The position numbers were made by a program, and so were the translations under genes. From Candidatus Aenigmatarchaeota archaeon (lineage in GTDB: Archaea; EX4484-52), in assembly GCA_023137195.1 (NCBI GenBank), contig JAGLPV010000044.1, forward strand, positions 1 to 63,412: 63,412 nucleotides of DNA, read 5' to 3'. Shown piece after piece: positions 10,654 to 20,471 of this stretch. The notes below the pieces were generated by a model. The model searched no databases, had not been told where the DNA came from, and was given only the letters and a program-made list of their open reading frames with translations. Numbering within the stretch: position 1 is the first letter of the stretch; each line of letters begins with the position of its first letter.

Positions 10654-12588
10654 ATGTCTCATTTTACCGATGTAATTAAGAAAATGAAAAGGAAGAAGGA
10701 TGAAGATGAAAAGACAACGGTAGTTGGAAGAAGATCAATGTTCAATACTATTGGTTTGATGAAAAAGGCATCTGTCTTGTTGAAGGAAAAGGAAGAAAGG
10801 GAAAAACAGGAAAAAATGCCCCGTATAAATGTGTGTGGTCAGGATTCGGGTTATTTGCCTTCCGGGTACGGAGGTTCATTTGGAGGCGGAGCAAATAGAG
10901 GGGCGGCAGGCGCAACCAGAAAACCAAAATATGATAAGGCATTTTCTATAAGTATGAATGAATTAATACCTGATGAAATCAAGTATAAATCTAATATCAG
11001 AAAAAAGGAGATGAACAGGATTTTTGTTGATTTCGACAAGAAGGGCAAAGATAAGGAAACTATAAAATCTATTAATGAGAGTTATGCGTTGAAACAAAGG
11101 CATTTGGAGGATGTTTTGTCGATAAATGCATATTGTAATATAAAATTTGATGAAAGTGCGAACTGTCTTATGTACAATGTTTTTGAGCCAACATTGAGCC
11201 CGGATGACGAAAAAGAGATAGTAAAAATAAAGAAATATTTTGAGGAAATGATATCTATTCATTTTGATGGGTTAAGGACTACTACTGCGATTGAATTTGT
11301 CAAGAAAACGCTCATGTCATGCATTGAAAAATTTGGTTTGAATATATCGAAGGAAAAAATAGAATTATACAAATATTATTTATTCCGGGATTTTATCGGT
11401 CTTGAATCAGTAGAGCCCTTGCTAAATGACCCGCATATTGAAGATATAAGTTGTGATGGTATAAATATTCCTATTTTTGTTTTTCACAGGAATCCTAAAT
11501 ATGGCTCTCTCCAGACAAATATTGTTTTTAAATCAAAGAAACAGCTGGATGTTTTTGTTATGAAACTTGCCCAGAGATGCGGCAAGACAGTGTCTGTGGC
11601 AAATCCATATTTTGACGGTGCATTGAATGATGGATCAAGAATCCAGGCGACACTGGCAACAGATGTTGCAACACGTGGTTCGAATTTTACAATAAGAAAA
11701 TTTCTTAAAGATCCTATCACACCGATTTTTTTATTGAAGTATAAGACCATAGATATTTATACTCTGGCGTATTTATGGCTTTTGATAGAGTACAATACGT
11801 CTGTTCTTGTGGTGGGCGGTACAGCATCAGGCAAGACATCTTTATTGAATGCGTTATCTTTGTTTATCCGTCCCGAGCAAAAGATTATTTCCATTGAGGA
11901 TACAGCAGAGCTTCAGTTGTCTCATCCTCACTGGGTGGCGGAAGTGTCAAGGGAAGGTTTTGAGACTGTTGCAGGGCATGAAAAAAAAGTCGGCGAAGTG
12001 GCGATGATGGACCTGCTTAAGGAAGCATTAAGGCAAAGACCAGATTATATTCTTGTGGGAGAAGTAAGGGGAGAAGAAGCTACAATATTGTTTCAGGCAA
12101 TGGCGACAGGGCATAGTGGTATGGCTACAATCCACGCAGATACGATGGAGCGGCTTGTAGACAGGATTACTTCAAAACCATTGAGCATTCCTGTTGCTCT
12201 TTTAGAAACTCTGGATATGATTGTTTTTATAAAGCGGCTAAGATACAAGGATAATTTTGTAAGAAGAATAAGCAATATATATGAAATAGAGGGTTATGAT
12301 AAGCCAAACAATACAATCCTCTCGAGGAAAACGTTTGAGTGGGATGCTGTCGAGGATGTGATTAGTCCAAAGGAAGAATCTATATTACTGGGGAATATAT
12401 ATACTCAAAAAGGGATAGACAAGGAAACAATACAGAATGAGATTAAGAAGAGGGCCAGAGTGTTGGGATACATGGAAAAGAAAAACATAACCTATTATAA
12501 AGATGTAGCAAAAATAATAAATAAGTACTATATTGATTCCGATGCTTTGATAGATAAGATTAAGTCTATTGAAGAAGGGAGCGAATAG
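10654..12588 (+). CDS. Type II/IV secretion system / archaeal pilus assembly ATPase (FlaI/TadA/VirB11-like)
   Basis: IEDISCDG, GGTASGKT, SIEDTAEL, LRQRPDYILVGEVRGEEA, TGHSGMATIHA. Confidence 0.92.
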   Translation: MSHFTDVIKKMKRKKDEDEKTTVVGRRSMFNTIGLMKKASVLLKEKEEREKQEKMPRINVCGQDSGYLPSGYGGSFGGGANRGAAGATRKPKYDKAFSISMNELIPDEIKYKSNIRKKEMNRIFVDFDKKGKDKETIKSINESYALKQRHLEDVLSINAYCNIKFDESANCLMYNVFEPTLSPDDEKEIVKIKKYFEEMISIHFDGLRTTTAIEFVKKTLMSCIEKFGLNISKEKIELYKYYLFRDFIGLESVEPLLNDPHIEDISCDGINIPIFVFHRNPKYGSLQTNIVFKSKKQLDVFVMKLAQRCGKTVSVANPYFDGALNDGSRIQATLATDVATRGSNFTIRKFLKDPITPIFLLKYKTIDIYTLAYLWLLIEYNTSVLVVGGTASGKTSLLNALSLFIRPEQKIISIEDTAELQLSHPHWVAEVSREGFETVAGHEKKVGEVAMMDLLKEALRQRPDYILVGEVRGEEATILFQAMATGHSGMATIHADTMERLVDRITSKPLSIPVALLETLDMIVFIKRLRYKDNFVRRISNIYEIEGYDKPNNTILSRKTFEWDAVEDVISPKEESILLGNIYTQKGIDKETIQNEIKKRARVLGYMEKKNITYYKDVAKIINKYYIDSDALIDKIKSIEEGSE

Positions 12589-12596
12589 AACAATCC

Positions 12597-12679
12597 GCAG
12601 GGATAGCCAAGCGGTCAACGGCGGCAGGCTCAAGACCTGTTCCTGTAGAGGTTCAAGGGTCCGAATCCCTTTCCCTGCA
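12597..12679 (+). tRNA. tRNA-Leu (anticodon CAA)
   Basis: Acceptor stem GCAGGGA/TCCCTGC plus A, D-arm with GG, anticodon arm GCAGG-CTCAAGA-CCTGT, long variable arm; T-loop reads TCCGAAT. Confidence 0.92.
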
Positions 12680-12830
12680 TTAAAGGTGAGCGAACAAAGG
12701 AATTTGTCCTAAAGAACAAATTCCGCAGTGAGTCGCCTTTAACCTTGAAAAGCGCGGTAAATTATGTAAGTCCAGCGATTTTCATGGTATTTTTCTGCAT
12801 ATAATTTTTGTAAGACTGCAGAAAAATGTC
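12680..12830. repeat. Cluster of imperfect palindromes downstream of tRNA-Leu
   Basis: ttaaaggtga...tcgcctttaa enclosing ggaatttgt/acaaattcc; atttttctgca/tgcagaaaaat. Confidence 0.55.
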
Positions 12831-12882
12831 GTAAGCGTAAGAAACTGATTTTCACATAAATTCGTAAAAACGAAAAACAAAT

Positions 12883-13365
12883 TCAATAATTTTCCATTGC
12901 TTTAAGTAACATGCATTTTTCCGCAGCTTTTGTCCTTCCAAAAGGTGCAAGATTATTGCATATATTCATCTGGATTTCTGAAACAGACTCTTCATCCATA
13001 GAAAGATAGGTTTCAACAAGCCCAAATGCTTCATAATTTATCTCTAAATTATTTGACTCTTCTTCATATAAATACACGAACGGACCATATTCCTCCACGA
13101 AATTATAAATTGCATCTTTAGAGGAAGTGCATGATTCATCACATATAGAAGGATAGTTTAGTGTCAGGAGAGAACCTCCATGAGAAAACAATAAATATTT
13201 TTGCTGTTCTGTCAACTGTTCTATAAGATGCGGATTTAACGGGAGTTCTGCTGGTTTTGTCCCGGAAGAATACAGCATAGCTCCGCCAACCAGAGATAAA
13301 ATAAATAATACACCAGTAAAAATAACACCTATTTTTACAATTTTGTCTTTTTGTTTTTGTCTCAT
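12883..13365 (-). CDS. Hypothetical membrane-anchored protein
   Basis: 160 aa ORF; basic N-terminus, one hydrophobic helix, Cys pairs. Confidence 0.7.
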   Translation of the reverse strand: MRQKQKDKIVKIGVIFTGVLFILSLVGGAMLYSSGTKPAELPLNPHLIEQLTEQQKYLLFSHGGSLLTLNYPSICDESCTSSKDAIYNFVEEYGPFVYLYEEESNNLEINYEAFGLVETYLSMDEESVSEIQMNICNNLAPFGRTKAAEKCMLLKAMENY

Positions 13366-13415
13366 AGTTATTTATCTTTGTATATATTTAAATAGTTTTC
13401 TTATACATTAATTTT

Positions 13416-14210
13416 ATGGTATCATTGGATTTATCTGGGATTAATCTTCGTTTTGATGAGGAAAAAAAGAAATTGATTTTAATAGATCAGAATGTGGAGA
13501 AAGAATACGAGCCGAATTTGAGAAAATTGAAAGACATGAATGAGTTGTTTTTCGATTCTGCGATTTCACAGGATCCGGATACTATTTTGTATTATATGTT
13601 TAGAAATGTTTTCAAAAAGGAAAATGAAAAAGCGATTGCGGAGAATAAATTGAGATATGATGTTACGATAATTCCCCCTAATACAATTGGCGGCGAATAC
13701 ATCAAGACAGCAGGGCATTATCATCCTGTAGCAAAAGACGGGCTGTCTTTTCCTGAAATATACGAGGTTCTTAGTGGAGAAGGATTGTTTATGCTCCAGA
13801 AAGAAAGTAATTTTGCAGGGAATAAAAAAATTAAAGCAGTGTTTGTTCTTGGGAAAGAAGGAGATTTAATATTCATACCTCCAAATTACGGGCATATTAC
13901 AATTAATGTGTCAAAGGATACTTTGTGCATGGCGAACTGGGTATCTTCTGCATTTGAATCAGTTTATGGCAATATTAAAGAAAAGAAAGGAGGGGCATTT
14001 TATATATTAAAAAGAGACCCTATTGGTTTTAAACTGGAAAAAAACAGCAATTATGATGAATTCAGCAAGCAATCTGTTTTTGCAACACCAAAAAAGGCAG
14101 ATTTCTTTGGCTTTCCGGATAAGACTCCGATGTATGAATTCCTCAAGTCTCCTGAAAAATTGTCGTTTTTGAATGATCCTACGGTTTGTCCTGATTTAGA
14201 TTATGATTAG
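13416..14210 (+). CDS. pgiA: Cupin-type glucose-6-phosphate isomerase
   Basis: GGEYIKTAGHYH, PEIYEVLSGEG, IPPNYGHITIN cupin motifs. Confidence 0.85.
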   Translation: MVSLDLSGINLRFDEEKKKLILIDQNVEKEYEPNLRKLKDMNELFFDSAISQDPDTILYYMFRNVFKKENEKAIAENKLRYDVTIIPPNTIGGEYIKTAGHYHPVAKDGLSFPEIYEVLSGEGLFMLQKESNFAGNKKIKAVFVLGKEGDLIFIPPNYGHITINVSKDTLCMANWVSSAFESVYGNIKEKKGGAFYILKRDPIGFKLEKNSNYDEFSKQSVFATPKKADFFGFPDKTPMYEFLKSPEKLSFLNDPTVCPDLDYD

Positions 14211-14703
14211 TTTGGAGTTACTTTTTAAGATGGCGTTTAGTACACTAAAGGTATTTCAAAAATTGCCGGAAAAAACAAGAGATACCCTTGGTCAACTATA
14301 TAAGTATTGTTTTGTCGGGGGAATTGCGGCGGTGGTTGACATTGCCTTTTTTGTTTTTTTGGTGAATCAGTTTTCAATGGATTATCGGTTGGCTGTATTT
14401 TTTAGTTTTTCGTTAGGTGCTCTTACTAATTTTGTAATGTGCAATGCTTTTGTATTTGAGCGCAAGTCTTTGTCTGTTTTAAGGGCATGGGTAAGACATT
14501 ATATGTCTACTTTTGGCGGTCTTCTTGTGAATGAAGTTGTAATTATATTTCTCGTTGAGGTTATGTATTTTCAAAGTCTATTGTCGGCAAAAATAATTGC
14601 AACACTATGCGCATTTATGGTTAATTTTTTCTTTGTTAAATATTATGCATTTAATGATAAGGTTGGGTTGATGGGAAAAAATTATAACAAAACACATAAA
14701 TAA
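14203..14703 (+). CDS. GtrA family membrane protein
   Basis: KYCFVGGIAAVVD start, four hydrophobic helices, AKIIAT...NF. Confidence 0.85.
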   Translation: MISLELLFKMAFSTLKVFQKLPEKTRDTLGQLYKYCFVGGIAAVVDIAFFVFLVNQFSMDYRLAVFFSFSLGALTNFVMCNAFVFERKSLSVLRAWVRHYMSTFGGLLVNEVVIIFLVEVMYFQSLLSAKIIATLCAFMVNFFFVKYYAFNDKVGLMGKNYNKTHK

Positions 14704-14807
14704 TCATAAAAGTTTCCCCTACGCAAAATACTACTTTTAAGCTTATTTTCTGCTTATACTTTATTCACAGCAGAAAATAATACAAAGATATAATATCTGT
14801 ATTTAGA

Positions 14808-14874
14808 TAGCATTTATGTATTTTGCTAGTATATCACGCCACATTACTTGCCTTACTTTTGTGCCGTGATATAG
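14808..14874. repeat. Dispersed palindromic (REP/MITE-like) repeat, copy 1
   Basis: tagcatttatgtattttgc...tatcacgccaca...tgtgccgtgatatag; second copy 21979-22121. Confidence 0.75.
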
Positions 14875-14902
14875 TTGGAAAATAGGATTGTGGTTTTGAT
14901 TG

Positions 14903-15451
14903 CTAATTATCAAAACAATCTTTAAACTCGCAGAACAATTTGCTTAGTCTTTCCTCGTTTTTGGAAAAAGAATGATTCAGGATTTCTGTAATTTTTTCCA
15001 GTTCATTTTCATTTACGAGCAATTTATTTTTGTACTTTGCAGGGATTTCAATGACGTCTTCTCCTTTTAATTGTATGAAAATTCTTGGTTCTATTTGGAA
15101 TATTGCGCATTTTTTTAATCCCTGTTTTTTTGCAAGGACAAGCAGTTTTTGGGCACAGTCGATGTCTTTGGTGTAAATATGCAAAATGAATGGCAATTGT
15201 CTTATCCAGATGATGCCTTCATTTTCTTTTTTTAGGGCATCGTGGAGTTGGGTTTTTTCTATTTTTTCATGGTGTTTCATAATCCATGCATGTGTTTTTT
15301 TGCTTATCTTTAAGTCAGATGCATCTACTGTGATTCTTCCATAGCAGGATGAGGTGGTGTAAAAGAGGTCTGTATTGTTTATTGCATTTAGGAAAGGGAT
15401 TATTTTTTTATCTACTAATTCTTTTTCTGTGGCATAGATTAATTTGGACAT
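14903..15451 (-). CDS. taw3: tRNA(Phe) wybutosine-pathway methyltransferase Taw3/TYW3
   Basis: VDKKIIPFLNAIN...YTTSSCYGRI, PFILHI. Confidence 0.85.
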   Translation of the reverse strand: MSKLIYATEKELVDKKIIPFLNAINNTDLFYTTSSCYGRITVDASDLKISKKTHAWIMKHHEKIEKTQLHDALKKENEGIIWIRQLPFILHIYTKDIDCAQKLLVLAKKQGLKKCAIFQIEPRIFIQLKGEDVIEIPAKYKNKLLVNENELEKITEILNHSFSKNEERLSKLFCEFKDCFDN

Positions 15452-15645
15452 TGCATTCGACTTTTCTTTTTCGAATATAAGTACAATGGCATAATAGTTT
15501 TTTTATAGTTAAATCTATTATATTTGTTGTATATTCAACCATAAATAAAATTGCGAATTTCAACCATTTCAAAAGCAATTTTATGTGGGTGAATATGCTA
15601 AGAAAACACAACTGATTCGAAAAAACAGTTGTGTTTGAATACATT

Positions 15646-16890
15646 ATGCCTTACTCTAAAAACTGTCTTATCTGCAAAGGGAGCAATCCTCAAAAGTATT
15701 GCAACAGGAAATTCTGCCCGTTGATTTCAAAATCAAAGATTTATGACAATGTCAAGAAAGGCATCAAAAAAGAGTCGTTTAGCGGGAATGCTCCTGCTCC
15801 TTTTATTGGTCGTTATAATTATCCGAATATCAATGTGGGGATTTTATCGACTACTTCTGAAGATGAGGATTCATGGGAATATGATTTTCCGAGGCACTGG
15901 GCGCAAAGTGATTATGATGAAGAGAAGGTAATGGGGTTTCGGACAGGTCTTGTCAATTCAAGGGCGCAGTCGTCGGTGAAGTCGGATGAAAAAATAGTGG
16001 AGCTTGCTAGGGAGGTTGCAATGGCTCTCGTTGCTCCTGAAATGGAGATAAACCTTCAAAAAGTGCCGTCTTTTTCATTTAATCTGGATTCTTTTGCTGC
16101 ACCTACTGGTCCTGTTGCGGATATGAAGAGTGCAGAGATTACTTCTAATATAAAGACAAGTCATAAGATTGAGAGAGTTATTGACGATACTGATTTGAAG
16201 GCTAATTTGGCGATGAATGAGTTGTATGAGAAAAATTTTGATGAAAATACAATAAGCAAAATTCTTAGTGTGGGGAGTTTGGGTGTTGGGAGAAGGCGGA
16301 AGCTTGTCCCTACCCGATGGTCGATAACTGCAACAGATGATATGCTGTGTAAGAAAATAATGTCCGGGATAAAGAATAATGATTTGGTTAGTGATTATAG
16401 GATGTATTCGGGTAATTATATGGGTAATTACTATTACATAATGTTTTTGCCTTCCTGCTGGTCTTTTGAATTGTTTGAGACTTATGCTTCAAATGCGTCG
16501 TTTAATAAAACAGGTATGTCTCAATATACGACAGATTATGAAAATTATAATGGGAGGAAAGACTATGCAGCGGAGTGTACAGGAGGGTATTATGCTGTTC
16601 GGTTTCCTGTGGCAGAGAAGCTGAAGTGGTTGAAGCGGCAGGCAGGGGTGCTTATATTTCGGTTTATTACTGATGAATATACTATGCCTCTTGGGGTTTG
16701 GGTGTGTCGTGAAAGTGCAAGAAGGGCGTTGAAGAGTAAGCCGATTTCTTTTGATTCTAAAGAACAGATGCTGAATTATGCAGGGAAAGTTGCAAAGATG
16801 AAGTTTGGGTATGATGTTGGCGGGTTGGTTGGGAAGAGTAGGTTGTTGAAGGAAATGAAAACGCAGAGTCGGTTGAGTGAATGGATGTAG
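15646..16890 (+). CDS. nreA: DNA repair protein NreA (alternative GTG start 15631)
   Basis: N-terminal CxxC..C..CP, FIGRYNYP, RKLVPTRWSITATDD, GGYYA, PLGVWVCRE, C-terminal PIP box QSRLSEW. Confidence 0.9.
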   Translation: MPYSKNCLICKGSNPQKYCNRKFCPLISKSKIYDNVKKGIKKESFSGNAPAPFIGRYNYPNINVGILSTTSEDEDSWEYDFPRHWAQSDYDEEKVMGFRTGLVNSRAQSSVKSDEKIVELAREVAMALVAPEMEINLQKVPSFSFNLDSFAAPTGPVADMKSAEITSNIKTSHKIERVIDDTDLKANLAMNELYEKNFDENTISKILSVGSLGVGRRRKLVPTRWSITATDDMLCKKIMSGIKNNDLVSDYRMYSGNYMGNYYYIMFLPSCWSFELFETYASNASFNKTGMSQYTTDYENYNGRKDYAAECTGGYYAVRFPVAEKLKWLKRQAGVLIFRFITDEYTMPLGVWVCRESARRALKSKPISFDSKEQMLNYAGKVAKMKFGYDVGGLVGKSRLLKEMKTQSRLSEWM

Positions 16891-17011
16891 TTAACATTGG
16901 AATTTAACGAAGTTTGATTTTTCCTCGTGAAGCCGAAGGCGGAACAGAGCTGGAAAATCAAATTTGGGAAAAATGCGATTCGAGCATTTTTCCGTTAAAT
17001 TCCTGTTAGCC
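16889..17011 (+). mobile_element. attC-like recombination site (branched hairpin)
   Basis: Outer stem taaca(tt)ggaatttaacg / cgttaaattcctgtta, two inner arms, ends in GTTAGCC (GTTRRRY-like). Confidence 0.55.
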
Positions 17012-17231
17012 GACCCGACGACTAGATGGGGGAGAGCACAGCGGGGTCGAGCACCGTAGCCGAAGGCGAGGAGCGGAGAAGTTTTCTTACTGCCGAAAAA
17101 TTAGATAGGTGCCGTAGTTTTTACTTACTTTAACTATAAATCTCTGCGAAGCAGACTAAGTGTCCTTTAGAATCTGGACATTCGTAAAAATTAGTTAGTT
17201 TTATATATTATTCCTATTTATATTCTTTATT

Positions 17232-19205
17232 ATGGTCAATTATAAACTTTCTATTAGCATGAGTATACTAGAAAATTTAGGACTTAATTTGTATAGTAGC
17301 ATCCCAGCAGTGATTGCAGAAGCTATTGCTAATTCATATGATGCGGATGCTGAACGAGTTGATATTGATATTGACCCTAAAACTAAAACAATAACCATTA
17401 CTGATGACGGGCATGGAATGACTGAGAAAGAATGTAATGACAGATATCTTCTCGTAGGATATCATAGAAGAGATGTAGGCGAAATTGAAACTCCAAAACA
17501 TCATCGACCTGTTATGGGTAGGAAAGGAATTGGCAAGTTATCTCTTTTTTCCATAGCTAAAAATATTGAAATCCATACCATCAAATTAGATAAAGATGAA
17601 AAGAAAATTGTTGAGAAAAATGGATTTATTATGGATAGGGACACCATAATTGATGATATTAAAAAAGATGGAGTTAAAGAGAGTAATGGCTGTGATTTGA
17701 CCTCCGTAGATCCAAAAAATATTGAAATTGAGAAAGGTACTAAGCTAATTTTAACAAAGTTGCAAAAGGATATCTCCAAAACAGAATTATTTCTGAGAAA
17801 AAGATTAGCAAGAAAATTTATTATTCTTGGGAAAAAATATAAATTCAGAGTTTATATAAATGGAAAAGAAATTGCATTGAGTGATAGAGATTATTTCTCA
17901 AAAATCCAGTATTTGTGGTTTTTTGGAGATCATGGAAAAAAATGTGTGAAAGAATGCAAGAAATTAGATAATAAGAAAGAGATTTCTAGTGAAATTGTTT
18001 TAGCAGATGGTACAAAATGTGCTGTGGGGGGGTGGATTGGCACAGTTCATGAAAGGAGTAATTTAGAAGAAGGAAATAATACAATAATAATTCATTCAAG
18101 AGGAAAATCTATTCATGACAATTTACTTACAAATATTGATAATAGTGGATTTGTTACTAAATATTTAATTGGAGAAATTAAGGCGGATTTTTTAGATGAT
18201 GACAATAAGGAAGATATTACTACAAGTGATAGGCAGAAGATTCAAGAAAACAATGAAAGATTTGAAAAGATAAAGGAATTTGTTGAAGAAATTATTAAAA
18301 AGATTAGGGTTCAATGGCAATCTTGGCGTGCAGAAGATGCTACTATAAAAGCTTGTCAAATCCCAGCAATTAAAAAATGGTTTGGATCATTAAAGGGAGA
18401 TAATAAAAAATATGCTAAACAATTGTTTGGAAAAATAGATAGGTTTCCAACTGAGGATATCACTTATAAAAAAGAAATATATAAAAATTCAATCATAGCA
18501 TTTCAAACATTGGCGATAAGAGATAATTTAAGCAAATTGGATAATATAAATTCCTCCGAACATATAGAAACTTTTATTAATATATTGGGTGAAATGGATC
18601 AACTTGAATCAGCTCATTATTATGAAATAATCCGAAGTCGTATAGGAATATTGAAAAAATTTGAAAATTTGGTTGATGGTAAGGTAAAAGAAAAAGTATT
18701 GCAAAAATATATTTTTAATCATCTTTGGTTGTTAAATCAAACTTGGGAAAGAGCCAATGTTATAAGTAAGCGTATGGAAGAAACGATTATAAAAGGCATT
18801 CGGAATATAAAGTTCACAGAAAAAGAAAAATTAGCAAGGGCTGATATTCAGTATAAAACTGTTGCTGGAAAGCATGTTATTATTGAATTAAAAAAATATG
18901 ATGCTTATGTAAATTTACATGATTTACAAAAGCAAGTTAACAAATATAAAAATATTTTACTTAAAATATTGAAAGACGTATATCATATTAAAAATCCAGA
19001 AATAGAAATTATATGTCTCTTGGGGAAAAAACCAGGACCTTTAGAAATGACTGAGAAAGAAATTAAAGAACATCTTAAATTAGAAGACGCTAGATATATT
19101 ACTTATGATGAACTATTAGAAGAAGTGACTATGGTTTATGGAAGTTATATTGAAAAAAATAAGGAATTAATTGAAATTCAAAATCTTATTGGAGATCTAG
19201 TATGA
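17232..19205 (+). CDS. GHKL (HATPase_c/MORC-like) ATPase fused to a PD-(D/E)xK nuclease; HgiDII/BbrUII-like restriction endonuclease
   Basis: EAIANSYDADA, DDGHGM, GRKGIGKLS, GT; C-terminal RADI...IIELKK. Confidence 0.8.
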   Translation: MVNYKLSISMSILENLGLNLYSSIPAVIAEAIANSYDADAERVDIDIDPKTKTITITDDGHGMTEKECNDRYLLVGYHRRDVGEIETPKHHRPVMGRKGIGKLSLFSIAKNIEIHTIKLDKDEKKIVEKNGFIMDRDTIIDDIKKDGVKESNGCDLTSVDPKNIEIEKGTKLILTKLQKDISKTELFLRKRLARKFIILGKKYKFRVYINGKEIALSDRDYFSKIQYLWFFGDHGKKCVKECKKLDNKKEISSEIVLADGTKCAVGGWIGTVHERSNLEEGNNTIIIHSRGKSIHDNLLTNIDNSGFVTKYLIGEIKADFLDDDNKEDITTSDRQKIQENNERFEKIKEFVEEIIKKIRVQWQSWRAEDATIKACQIPAIKKWFGSLKGDNKKYAKQLFGKIDRFPTEDITYKKEIYKNSIIAFQTLAIRDNLSKLDNINSSEHIETFINILGEMDQLESAHYYEIIRSRIGILKKFENLVDGKVKEKVLQKYIFNHLWLLNQTWERANVISKRMEETIIKGIRNIKFTEKEKLARADIQYKTVAGKHVIIELKKYDAYVNLHDLQKQVNKYKNILLKILKDVYHIKNPEIEIICLLGKKPGPLEMTEKEIKEHLKLEDARYITYDELLEEVTMVYGSYIEKNKELIEIQNLIGDLV

Positions 19206-20146
19206 GATTTATAGACTTATTTGCGGGAATAGGTGGATTTAGGATAGCTTTAGAAAGCTTCGGACATTCTTGTGTTTTTTCTTCCGAAATTGATAAATTT
19301 GCAAGACAAACATATTCTGCAAATTTTGGTCATACCCCTCATGGAGACATCAAAAAAATAAAAGTGAATCATATCCCTAAACATGAAATACTCTGTGCTG
19401 GATTTCCTTGTCAGCCATTTAGTATTTCAGGTAAACAAAAAGGATTTAATGATATAAGGGGGACTCTTTTTTTTGATATAATTAGAATTACCAAATACCA
19501 CCAACCCAAATTGATTCTATTAGAAAATGTAAAAAATCTTGCATCCCATGATAACACTAAGACCTTAAATAAGATTATATCTAAATTAGATTATGTAGGA
19601 TATGATGTATTTCACAAAATTTTAAAATCTAGTGATTTTGGAGTTCCCCAAGCAAGAGTACGTATTTATTTTGTATGTTTTAGAAAAGATTTAAGTGTTA
19701 AAAAGTTTATATTCCCAAAATCTAAAAATAGAAATGTGTTCTTAAACTCGATAATTGATAAAACTGAGACATCTCCAGAATTTTTAATTAAAAGAGATGA
19801 TATTAAAATTTTTCCTAAAAAACTTCACACTAATATAACGGGTCTTATAAAAATTGGGGCAATAAATAAAGGTCGGCAAGGGGAAAGAATATATAGTATT
19901 GAAGGTTATGCTCCAACCCTCTCTGCAACAGGAGGAGGGCCTGCTGGAAAAACTGGAGCATACTTGATAAACAATAGAATAAGAAAGCTAACTCCCAGGG
20001 AATGTGCAAGTATACAAGGTTATCCTAAAAAATTTAAAATTCCAGTATCCAATAATCAATCATATAAACAGTTTGGAAACTCTATTTCTATTCCGGTTGT
20101 GAAAGCTATATTAAATGAAATTCAAAAAATCCCACATATTTATTAG
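19202..20146 (+). CDS. DNA (cytosine-5) methyltransferase, M.HhaI-like
   Basis: DLFAGIGG, GFPCQPFS, ENVKNL, QARVRIY, TRD QGERIYS...TLSATGGG...KTGAY, KQFGNS; ATGA overlap with upstream gene. Confidence 0.93.
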   Translation: MRFIDLFAGIGGFRIALESFGHSCVFSSEIDKFARQTYSANFGHTPHGDIKKIKVNHIPKHEILCAGFPCQPFSISGKQKGFNDIRGTLFFDIIRITKYHQPKLILLENVKNLASHDNTKTLNKIISKLDYVGYDVFHKILKSSDFGVPQARVRIYFVCFRKDLSVKKFIFPKSKNRNVFLNSIIDKTETSPEFLIKRDDIKIFPKKLHTNITGLIKIGAINKGRQGERIYSIEGYAPTLSATGGGPAGKTGAYLINNRIRKLTPRECASIQGYPKKFKIPVSNNQSYKQFGNSISIPVVKAILNEIQKIPHIY

Positions 20147-20471
20147 ATTCAAAAATTACATTTAGAAAACATATTTTGTAAAGCAGAACGTATTAAAAGT
20201 TTATAAATGAAATATTTTTTTAAGACCGCTTTTTTTTGTTTTCTCTCTCTAAAGTAAGCAAAAATTTAGGCGAATGTAATGAGCCGCTAAATTAATGTTA
20301 TGTTTAGTAGCTTTGCTATTGAAAAACCGTTTTTCTCTTTCTTGATTTAACGAAGGTGCCCATCTCGTTTGATTCTCGGTTTACTTCCATGGGCGGCAGT
20401 AAGAAAATTTTGGCTAACACCTATTGGGCGAATTGTTTGCACTAAAACATAAAAATCCAAACAAAGCAAAC

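Larger units (their letters stand above)
17082..20407. repeat. Perfect 14-bp inverted repeat bracketing the nuclease-methyltransferase pair
   Basis: ttttcttactgccg (17082-17095) and cggcagtaagaaaa (20394-20407). Confidence 0.7.

Noticed and set aside
12385-12633. 82-aa minus-strand ORF
   Set aside because: Antisense to the ATPase 3' end and overlapping tRNA-Leu.
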